Assembly (NCBI RefSeq): GCF_004010195.1 | Contig: NC_057752.1 | Span: 3,585,639-3,649,638, forward strand | DNA from: Chiloscyllium plagiosum | Taxonomy: Eukaryota | Direction of reading: 5' to 3' | DNA: 64,000 bases | In this document: piece after piece, positions 54,008 through 64,000 of the stretch | Position numbering within the stretch: the stretch's first letter is position 1 | Layout: the number at the start of each line of letters is the position of its first letter | The notes under the pieces: model-generated | Database searches by the model: none | What the model was told of the DNA's origin: nothing | Seen by the model: the letters and a program-made list of their open reading frames with translations, nothing else | Program-made: the position numbers and the translations under genes

Positions 54008-54272
54008 ATAGAGTCATACAGACCCTTCTGTCCAACTTGTCCATGCCAACCAGGTATCCCAACCCTAATCTAGTCCCATTTGCCAACACTTGGCTCATAT
54101 CCCTCTAAACCCTTCCTATTTATGTACCCAGCCATTTAAGTGCTGTAATTGTACCAGCCTCCACCACTTCCTCTGGCAGCTCATTCTATACACGCACCAC
54201 TCTCTGCGTGAAAAAGTTACCCCTTAGGTCCTTTTTATATCTTTCCCCCTCTCACCTTAAACCTATGCCCTC
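54008..54272 (-). mobile_element. CR1 3' end
   Basis: CR1 3' motifs. Confidence 0.85.
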
Positions 54273-54461
54273 ATCCATTTTAAGAACAAATTTACCTGGA
54301 ATAATTTATGGCCTTACACTCAATGGTATTATCTCATTAGGAAACAATTAAATAGAGGGGTGCTTGGGTGGAAAAAAAGGGTTCAACTAATGGCAATTTG
54401 ATAATGAAGGAATAACAAGGATTGACCGAATTGCTTTTAAAGCTGGTCTAATTTTACAAAC

Positions 54462-54670
54462 AGAGTGTGGTGCTGGAAAAGCACAGCCAGTCAGGCGGCA
54501 TCCGAGGAGGAGAAGGGTCAATATTTCGGGCCTGAGCCCTTCATCAGGAGCCTGTCATCATTCGGGCTCCAGCCCGAAACGTCAATTCTCGGATGCTGCC
54601 CGACCTGCTGTGATTTTCCAGCAACACACTCTCGATTCTGATCTCCAGCATCTGCAGACCTCACTTTCTC
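54462..54670. mobile_element. Older Penelope-derived fold-back mini-element, 14-bp TSD (1 mismatch)
   Basis: ctaatttt(a/c)caaac at 54448-54461 and 54671-54684. Confidence 0.8.
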
Positions 54671-55587
54671 CTAATTTTCCAAACACTGGGTCAACGGTCT
54701 AACATCCAGATAGCCTCCAACCCCAACACACTTTTCTTGATGGATTGCACTTTGCAACATGCGGCATCTACTATCGAACAGGATATGACAAGAGCTCACA
54801 GCTAGTCATGACTGACATCTGAAATACCAGGCCGCCTGTCAACACAAATGCACAAATGCGAAGTCTGAGTTTGCTTTATCGAGAAGTCAGCTTTTCTACC
54901 TTAATCTGCTCTGCGCACGCGTAATGTGCCAGGAGTCAAAACGACAGGAGAATGAAGAGAAATTAAATAAGAATTGCAGACTGATAATGCCAGGCATCAG
55001 CCTCGCTACCATGGCAACAAATACAGCTCCTGTGGGTTATAATGGACATGGGTCTCTGAAGCATCTAACAATTGATTTGAATTTCAAACGTAGCACAAGA
55101 TTTTACAAGGTACTTCAAGAGAGGAAGAGGCGTGACCAAGCCTGCCGTAGCTTCTGTGGAAATAAGTCTTTAAAGGACGAAAATCATCGAAGAAATAAAA
55201 TAAAAAGCTCCGATAATTTCATGTCAGCACATGCTTCGGAAAATATTACAGCTGTGGCTCTCTTGGTATCTCCAGTGTCTCTTTGAAATCTGCCAAATGT
55301 TTGTCTTCATGTAACCGTCCACGAAAGCTCAGATGTCCACACATTTCTCATGCTAATTACCCTTGAGGTCAATGGATGTGCTTGTCCATTTCAAGGGGCA
55401 GTTAGATGTCGATCACATTGCTGTGGGTCTGGAGTCACATATCAGCCAGACCGGATAAGGATGGCAAATTTCCTTTCCAAAAGGACATTGCTGAACGTGG
55501 CCATTTTGTTGGGACTCGCTCCATTGCCCAATGGAGGACACTTCAATGGAATCCTTCAGAAGTGCCGCCATCAAATTGTCCAATATA

Positions 55588-56199
55588 GAACACAGAAAAG
55601 TACAGCACAGAACAGGCCCTTTGGCCCATGATGTTGTGCCAGTGATTAATCCTAATTTAAAATAAAATAACTTAACTTACGCACCCCTCAACTCACTGCT
55701 ATCCATGTGAATGTCCAGCAGTCACTTAAATGTCCCCAATGACTCTGCTTCCACCACCACAACTGACAACACATTCCATGCATTCACAACTCTCTGCATA
55801 AAGAACCTTCCTCTGACATCTCCTCTATACCTTCCTCCTAATATCTTCAAACTATGACCCCTCGTACCAATCAATCCTGTCCTGGCAAAAAGTCTCTGGC
55901 TAGTGACTCTATCCATGCCTCTCATTATTTTGTACACCTCAATTAGGTCTCCTCTCTTCCTCCTTCTCTCCAGAGAGAAAGGTCTGAGCTTAGTCAACCT
56001 TTCTTCATAAGGCAAGCCCTCCAGTCCAAGCAGCATCCTGGTAAACCTTCTCTGCACCCTCTCCAAAGCCTCTGTATCTTTCCTATAGTAGGGCGACCAG
56101 AACTGGACACAATATTCCAAGTGTGGTCTCACCTGGGACTTGTAGAGCTGCAGCAAAACCTCGCGACTCTTAAACTCGATTCCCCTGTTAATGAAAGCA
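55588..56199 (-). mobile_element. Young CR1 3' fragment, 6-bp TSD
   Basis: ORF 55722-56216(-). aatata at 55582-55587 and 56200-56205. Confidence 0.92.
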
Positions 56200-56469
56200 A
56201 ATATATCCATTACCAAGAAAATCTGGGCACAAATCTGGGAAAATCACATTTAAGAATCCATTCTATCTCTGCCTTTGAGGGATATTCCTGTATGTGAAGC
56301 ACATTCCCCATGTTAAATGGAATGTTGCTGAACAGATAGACTCATAGAGCACGGAAACAGACCCTTCTGTTCAACTCTTCCATGCTGACCGGGTATCCTA
56401 ACCGAATCTAGTTTTTAGGGACATCGTGATCAGTTCATGGTCACCATTAATGGGATTAGCTTTTAATTC

Positions 56470-56909
56470 TGTTATGGACCAGACCAACCTCTCTCAAAGC
56501 ATATCCAGAAGATAGTCTCACTTTTACCTTCTTTAACAGCAAGTACAAGAGGCTGCATTCCAGATGTGATTCGATTGACCACAGTACTAGGTTTTAACCA
56601 GAACACACTTAACTCTTCACCACAGTTAAAAACAAACCAAAAAAGAAGATTTGGCACAACTTTAACTCTGTTAAAATACTTAACAATTCCTTATTATTTA
56701 ACTATGAATCATCAAGTGTTCCAATGTAGCAGCATCCCATAAACGCACCCTTGGCAAAGGCAAATTCAGCAAAGCAGATTCTCACTTGTGATCTCCTCCA
56801 GTCCAGGAGAAGGAACATTGACAGAATAAATCCAGCAGCAGACAGAGAGTTCAAGCCTTCTGTAGTAGCAGAGAGAGAAAGAGAGAGAGAGACAGAGACA
56901 GAGAGGGAA

Positions 56910-56940
<31 letters not shown>

Positions 56941-57217
56941 CAGAGAGAGAAACAGAGAGAGAGAGAGAGCTGTAACTTGCAGTTCAACTCTAAAACCCCC
57001 CAACGTCAACAACTGAAAGCAACTCCGAACCCCCTGGGTCTCTGTGTGAGCCTGACTCCACCCATTCATGCTTGTCTTATCTAATGTTTTTTTAAAAACC
57101 CAAAAAGCTATTGACTCTGCCATCCATGGAGCAGACGCCTCGGCGCCAGGTTTACAACATTCCTCTGCAAGAGGAGCAGGAAAGAACAAATCCCTCTTCA
57201 AGGTACATCTCATCCCA
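56470..57217. mobile_element. Solo LTR (Gypsy-like), TG...CA, 4-bp TSD, with an internal (GA)n microsatellite at 56871-56969
   Basis: attc at 56466-56469 and 57218-57221. It interrupts a SINE at ttttaattc|caaat. Confidence 0.8.
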
Positions 57218-58364
57218 ATTCCAAATCTCATTGAATTTAAGTGCATCCCAGTGACTGTGGTGGGATTCGAACCCATGTGCCCATAGCTTGAGCCTGACTT
57301 GATGGAAGGATCATGAGCTCATGATACTACCGTACACCCCATATCGTAGCCTTGAGCCTGTGAGAATGGAGTGCCTTGCAGACAGCCTGAGGGTAGCATC
57401 CTTGTAGCACTGTCGTGAGGATGCCCAGAAGTCGAGATCTGCTTAGCCAGGAGGTGTCCATTAAGCATCAGGGCCAGGAGAGAAGTAGCTGCACAGCAAG
57501 GCAGAGGCAATGGAAAATTGGAATAGAGAGGTACAGCAACTTCCAATGCCTGGCTTACACAACATCTGCGAAGACTGTTTTTTTTTTGCAACACATGCAT
57601 GGCTTGGAATGCAGTCCACAGCCTACAAGAGCAGGACACAGCATTTGGGAATACATGCGCAACCAGCTCCCTTATGTACATCGACAGGATGAAATCAACA
57701 ACTCACCGAAAGAAGGTGTAACCAACAAAAGGCTACTTGAATGTTACATCCCAAGGATGAGGTGTCATGAGATAGCAAAGCTACTTTCCACTTGGGGACA
57801 TATTTTCTTTAAATACACAACACAGTGGCATCTGACGGACAAGTGAGATCGGACAAAAAGAAGGAGCTTTCCCTCGTTTGAGAGTGCTAATGCATTGTGC
57901 ATCACAGGACTACAGGCGCCACCAGAGATTCCTTACGCCAATGTAATGTTGTGGCGATGATGCAAAAGGTCGCAATGGTAGCCTCAGTTCAAGAGGCAAC
58001 TGTTACACTGATGAAGCAAACATATTGGTGTGGAGAATGAACTGTATGCTGCAACCTTCTCCAAATACATGCTGCACTTTAGGACTTAATTTCACCTTCT
58101 GTGGAAGCAACTACAGTCAATTATTCATTGTTACATGTTGCGAATCATTTGCAAGGAAATAGATACTGATAGACCTATCTACCTTTACCACTGCAAGTCC
58201 GGGAATGGAAAAATGGCCAACTAAAACATATAAATACACTGACTCATCCATCTCCTTAACTGTATCTGGTATCGAAACAGATTTTGGAAATGTTGCAGCT
58301 TAATTGATTGAAATTTCATACTTGCTCATCAAAGGCGTAGCAGAAATGCACGTGAGTGAGTTTT

Positions 58365-58860
58365 AAGAAGATTTGTAGCTCAGGTTGAGGTTCTGGATGT
58401 AGGTTTGCTCGCTGAGCTGGAAGGTTCAATTTCAGATGTTTCGTCACCGTACTAGGTAACATCTTCAGTGAGCGTCCGGACGAGGCACTGGTGGTATGGC
58501 CCGCTTTCTATTTATGTGTTTAGGTTTCCTTGGGTTGGTGATGTCATTTCCTGTGGTGAAATCATTTCCTGCGCTGTTGTCAATTCCGGTTCTTTCTCTC
58601 AGGGGGTGGTAAATGGGGCAGTTGGAATGAAAACGACATGACCCTCTCTCACTAGTATCCTTATGTACACATGAGGAAGGACACCACTTTAACTGGGACA
58701 ACACATCCACCCTAGGATAAGCCAAACAGAGACACGCACAAGAATTCCTAGAAACATGGCATTCCAACCGGAACTCTATCAACAAACACATCGACTTGGA
58801 TCCCATTCACCACCCCCTGAGAAGAAGAACAGGAAATGACATCACCATAGGAAATAATGT
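58365..58860. mobile_element. Poseidon-type Penelope fragment with inversion; hammerhead motif at 58432-58471 (-)
   Basis: The plus arm translates KRHDPLSLVS...GHHFNWDNT...EFLETWHSNRNSINKH. The minus arm reads tca CTGAAGA t gttacc tagtac ggtgac GAAA ca TC tga. Confidence 0.75.
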
Positions 58861-58989
58861 CATGCGACTAACATGAAAAAATATCATGGGTGATGGAAAG
58901 AAAAATACCATTCAGTTGTGTGTAAGAGCACTTCTTGGCAGAAAAGAAGAAAAATGTGAGAAACAAAACAGAAGTGTCCCACAGGAATA

Positions 58990-59595
58990 GCAGGTCAGAG
59001 GCTAGGAATACTGCAGTGAGTAACTCACCTTCTGACCCCTTGCAAAGCCTGTCCACCATCTCCAAGGCCCAAGTCAGGAGTGTGATGGAATACTCCCCAC
59101 TTGCCTGGATGGGGGCAGCTCCAACAGAAGCTTGACACCATCCAGGAGAATGCAGCCCCGCTTGATTGGCCCCACATCCACAAACATCCCCTCCCTCCAC
59201 CACCGACGCTCAGTAGCAGCAGTGTGTACTATCTACAAGATGCCCTGCAGAAATTCACCAAAGATCCTCAGACAGCACCTTCCAAACCCACAATCACTTC
59301 CATCTCGAAGGACAAGGGCAGCAGATACATGGGAACACCACCCCCTGCAAGTTCCCCTCCAAGCCACTCCCCAGCCTGACTTGGAAATATATCGCCGTTC
59401 CTTCAGTGTCATTGGGTCAAAATCCTGGAACTCCCTCCTTCCCTCCCTCAGGGCATTGTGGGTCAACCCACAGCACATGGACTTCAGCGGCTCAAGAAGG
59501 CAGCTCACCCCCACTTTCTCAAGAGGGGCAACTGGGGTTGGGGCAATAAAGACTGGGCCCAGCCAGTGACACCCACACCCCACATAATGAATTGA
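58990..59595 (+). mobile_element. L2/CR1-group LINE 3' end
   Basis: KAQVRSVMEYSPLAW...SLHHRRSVAAVCTIYK...GSKSWNSL. Confidence 0.8.
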
Positions 59596-60429
59596 AAACT
59601 ACAAACTGGTTACGGAGGTAGGTCTGTCAGAGCGGTATGGCTTTTACTCACTGCCTACACTTTGTGGTTACAGCAGAGTTATTCAAAAACAGAAGCCATG
59701 CGATAGAATGGTGTCTTTAACGGGACAGCATTTTGAAACTAGCCGAGATATTTTCGGCACGGGAGGGAAGTCGTTTCTCCGAAGTGTCAGTGTTCCACCA
59801 GTCTCAAAGCTGTTTAATCGAAACCTATTTCTCTGTACCTATGAAGGCTTTTCTGAGACGCAGAGGTTCATTCAGATTCAACAATCACTTGTGGCACTGC
59901 ATTCCCTAAGTGTAACAAGGGTTTGCATATAAATATCTCCTTTGATCCTGGATAGTAATACTAATGAGGAAATGTCTCCTGTGCTGGGTGAAATAAGACT
60001 CACAGCTGATTGAAACACACAAGTACAGGCGATTGTCAATCATTGCTTAAAGTGATGCACAAAACAAAATGGTGAAATGGATAGATTTGGGAGTTACAAA
60101 GGACGCAGACCCACAAAGTCAAATGGCTGGGTGAAAGGGTAAAAATTGAATTTAGCCGCAGAAAATGTGCACCTTGCTGAACAGGAGTAAGGGGCCTCAG
60201 TGCTCAGTGACAGAAGTTCTCCAAAGCAGGTTCGGGAACGCACACGAACTGGGCAGAGGGATTCGCAGCTGCAGACCGTGACATTGAAGTGAGGCATCCC
60301 CGGTGTTCCTACATTTAAAATGATCCCACGCACACGCCGGGGAACACAGGTTTGCTTCTGGAGACTGTTGTGAAATTGGCCAACTGACCGATGGGAACAA
60401 GGACATTTGGTGCCAGCCTTTTGTTCTGC

Positions 60430-60580
60430 CAGAGGTCAGCAGTCACACGCCACCAGATTCGCGTCCAAGAGGTTTATTTGAAGTCCCAAGCTTTCGGAGC
60501 GCCGCTCCTTCGCCGGGTGAAGGTGTTGTGTGTCTTCCGACCTTGTCCACCCCAGTTCAACACCGGCACCTCCACATCAT
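60430..60580. mobile_element. Penelope-like fold-back fragment (fourth family), decayed hammerhead at 60485-60519 (-)
   Basis: Minus strand reads cac CCGGCGA a ggagc ggc gctcc GAAA gc TT. Confidence 0.55.
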
Positions 60581-60962
60581 GAAATTTCTGAGCATTTCGG
60601 TTGCCAGCCACTTAACTTTGCCGTGCTGTTCAAATTGAGCTTGCACTATTTCTCCAATCAATCAATCCCCGGCTACGCCCAAGCCACTTACATTATCCCT
60701 CCTGACAATTTGCAAATGGTTGGCTTCTCCAAAAAAAAAAGACTGATCATTTGCAGAAAAGTGCAACATTGAAATCTTTGCCGAGTAATTCCACTGAAGC
60801 AGTGCTTGTACTCAGCTTGCCTGTTTGCAAGAACTGGCTCTTCTCTGAGTCGATATGCACCCATGGCAGGCTCCCATATTAAAGAAAGCAGGACTCTGTA
60901 TGAATGTTCCCATGATTTGTTAGCGTTTCAATTCTAATGTCCCACTTCATTTTATATCGCTA

Positions 60963-61498
60963 TGCATCCAATTCTGATCCCCCTCCTCGAGGAAGGATGT
61001 TGTGAAACCTGAAAGGGTTCAGAAAGGATTTACAAGGATGTTGCCAGGGTTGAAGAGTTTGAGCTATAGGGAGAGGCTGTATAGGCTGGGGCTGTTTTCC
61101 CTGGAGCGTCGGAGGCTGGGGGGTGACCTTATAGAAGTTTATAAAATCATGAGGGGCATGGATAGGGTGAATAGACAAGGGCTTTTCCCTGGGTTAGGGG
61201 AGCCCGGAACTAGAGGGCATAGGTTGAGGGTGAGAGGGGAAAGATATAAAAGGGACCTAAGGGGCAACGATTTTCACACAGAGGGTGGTGCGTGTATGGA
61301 ATGAGCTGCCAGAAGAAATGGTGGAGGCTGGTACATTTGCAACATTTAAAAGGCACCTGGATGGGGACATGAATAGGAAGGATTTAGAGGGATATGGGCC
61401 AAGTGCTGGCAAATGGGATGAGATTTAGGATATCTGGTTGGCATGGACGAGTTGGACTGAAGAGTGTGTTTCCGTGCTGTACATCTCGATGACTCTAT
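60963..61498 (+). mobile_element. CR1 3' fragment
   Basis: ORF 61002-61304. Confidence 0.92.
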
Positions 61499-61942
61499 GT
61501 CTGTTTCTGATTAACAAGCAATCACCTGAGTACATGCTCACTGCTGTTCCAAATTCTTTTGCCCAGACAGTACAACCAGATAAATCGTCAGCAAAATAAA
61601 CTGGATTGGCTGTACAATGTCACTTTCCCATAGAGCAGGCTATGGTTTTAATTCTCTCCAGTCGCCACACCACCACGAACCACACCCCCTTGTGAAAGAT
61701 CAGGCAGGTAAGGGGTGGGGGGGGGGAGGGGGGGTTCCTTTTTCCATTTTGTCCAGGCAGAGCACTCTGCCAGTCCATGTCTAAAAGCCCTTGGGCTTCC
61801 CCTGTCCTGGCTTCCCATGACAGAGTCTCATTCGTTAACACAGTTCTCATAAGTGGAGATGGTAGAAGGTGAACTATATGGCCCTTGACCTTCTGTCGAA
61901 CTAGCATCTCTTATTTCCTCATATTGATCATTCTCAACATGC

Positions 61943-62300
61943 GGGGAGGTGATGGCCTAGTGGCCTTGTATTATCACTTTTAATTCCGAGACCCCAGTAA
62001 TGTTCCGGGGACCTGGGTTCGAATCCCACCACGGCAGATGGTGGAATTTCAGTTCTATGTTTAAAAATCTGGGATTAAGAGTCTAATGATGACCGTGAAT
62101 CCATTGCAGATTGTTGGAAACCCCCATCTGGGTCACTAATGTCCTTTAGGGAAGGAAAAACTGCCATCCTTACCTGGTCTGGCCTACATGTCACTCCAGA
62201 TCCACAGCAATGTGGTTGACCCTTAACTGCCCTCTGGGCAATTAGGGATGGGCAATAAATACTGGCCTAGCCAGCGATGCCCACATCCCATGAATAAAGA
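61943..62300 (+). mobile_element. DeuSINE/SacSINE-like tRNA SINE, near full length
   Basis: A-box tggcctagtgg, B-box ggttcgaatcc, 3' tail gggcaataaat.ctggcctagccagcgatgcccacatcccatgaat. Confidence 0.85.
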
Positions 62301-62459
62301 AAACACTACACTACCCTGCCAGTGATGGTTTTTTTAAAGATCAGTCCAAACTGTGTCTTGTACTACTTTGAACCTGTGGCCCTTGTCCTCCTCTCATCAT
62401 TTAAAATTTTAAGTTTTAAATTCAAAATTCACCTTTCCTGTTCCGTTAACTACAATGGC

Positions 62460-62640
62460 ATTGGCTCAGTGACTCAGTGGTTAGCACTACAGCCTCACCA
62501 CGCCAGACACCCAGGTTCGATCCCACCCTCGGGTGACTGTCTGTGTGGACTTTGCACATACTCCCTGTGTCTGTGTGGGTTTCCTCCCACAGTCCAAAGA
62601 TGTGCAGGTTAGGGTGGATTGGCCATGCTAAATTGTCCCA
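62460..62640 (+). mobile_element. HE1-like SINE 5' part running into a satellite
   Basis: ctcagtggttagcact...ggttcgatccc...tttcctcccacagtccaaagatgtgcagg. Confidence 0.88.
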
Positions 62641-64000
62641 AAGTGCCCAGGGATGTACAGGTTAGGGTGGATTGGCCTTGCTAAATTGTACGAGGTAAAA
62701 ACAATGACTGCAGATGCTGGAAACCAGATTCTGGATCAGTGGTGCTGGAAGAGCACAGCAATTCAGGCAGCATTTTTGCTGCTCGTCGGATGCTGCCTGA
62801 ATTGCTGTGCTCTTCCAGCACCACTGATCCAGAACCTTGCTAAATTGTACCATAGTGCACAGGGATGTGCAGGTTAGGGTGGATTGGCCATGCTAACTTG
62901 TCCCATAGTGCCCAGGGATGTACAGGTTAGGGTGGAGTGGCCATGCTAAATTGCCCCATAGTGCACAGGGATGAGCAGGTTAGGGTGGATTGGCCATGCT
63001 AAATTACCCCATAGTGCCCAGGGATGTACAGGTTAGGGTGGAGTGGCCATGCTAAATTACCCCATAGTGCCCAGGGATGTGCAGGTTAGGGTGGATTGGC
63101 CATGCTAAATTGCTCCACGCTGCCCAGGGAAGTGCAGGTTAGGGTGGAGTGGCCATGCTAAATTGTCCCATAGTGCCCTGGGATGTACAGGTTAGGGTGG
63201 AGTAGCCATGCTAAATTGTCCCATAGTGCCCGGGGATGTGCAGGTTAGGGTGGATTGGCCATGCTAAATTGTCCCATAGTGCCCGGGGATGTGCATGTTA
63301 GGGTGGATTGGCCATGCTAAATTGTCCCATAGTGCCCAGAGATGTGCAGGTCAGGGTGGATTGGCCATGCTAAATCGTCCCATAGTGTCCAGGGATGTGC
63401 AGGTTAGGGTGGAGTGGCCATGCTAAATTGTCCCATAGTGCCCAGGGATGTGCAGGTTAGGGTGGAGTGGCCATGCTGAATTATCGATAGTGCCCAGGGA
63501 TGTGCAGGTTAGTGTGGAGTGGCCAAGCTAAATTACTCATAGTGCCCAGGGATGTGCAGGTTAGTGTGGAGTGGCCATGCTAAATTACTCATAGTGCCCA
63601 GGGATGTGCAGGTTAGGGTGGATTGGCCATGCTAAATTGCCCCACACTGCCCAGGGATGTACAGGTTAGGGTGGATTGGCCATGCTAAATTGTCCCATAG
63701 TGTCCAGGGATGTGCAGGTTAGGGTGGATTGGCCATGCTAAATTGTCCCATAGTGCCCAGAAATGTGCAGGTTAATGTGGAGTGGCCATGCTAAATTGTC
63801 CCACAGTGTCCAGGGATGTGCAGAACAGGGTGGATTGGCCATGCTAAATTGTCCCATAGTGTCCAGGGATGTGCAGGTTAGGGTGAAGTGGCCATGCTAA
63901 ATTATCGATAGTGCCCAGGGATGTGCAGGTTAGTGTGGATTGGCCATGCTAAATTGTCCCATAGTGCCGAGGGCTGTGCAGGTTAGGGTGGAGTGGCCAA
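62599..64000 (+). repeat. 53-bp SINE-derived satellite, over 20 units, runs off window end
   Basis: Unit gatgtgcaggttagggtggattggccatgctaaattgtcccatagtgcccagg. Confidence 0.97.
62692..62834. mobile_element. Penelope-derived fold-back mini-element, 16-bp TSD
   Basis: ccttgctaaattgtac at 62676-62691 and 62835-62850. Confidence 0.9.

Overview
Repeat-dense, apparently intronic or intergenic vertebrate DNA, most likely from a shark or ray, inferred from HE1-like tRNA SINEs and their partner CR1/HER1-like LINEs. No host protein-coding exon could be recognised with confidence. Most ORFs in the track are LINE, SINE or satellite artefacts. The window holds about 25 5'-truncated CR1 LINE pieces, HE1-like and DeuSINE/SacSINE-like SINEs, L2-like and Rex1/Babar-like LINE ends, and two TG...CA solo LTRs. 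It also holds a decayed Gmr1-like Gypsy gag-pro relic, three tandem arrays (26, 70 and 53 bp units) and an assembly gap (39206-39999). The most interesting signal is a population of Penelope-like elements (PLEs): GIY-YIG-coding 3' fragments plus about ten 45-240 bp, mostly fold-back mini-elements flanked by 9-16 bp direct repeats. Their termini carry minimal type I hammerhead ribozyme motifs (CUGANGA...GAAA-CG-UH). These occur in four unrelated sequence families with different but pairing helix II stems. All family assignments are by eye from recalled motifs and need a repeat-library search. Boundaries are approximate unless target-site duplications (TSDs) are given.
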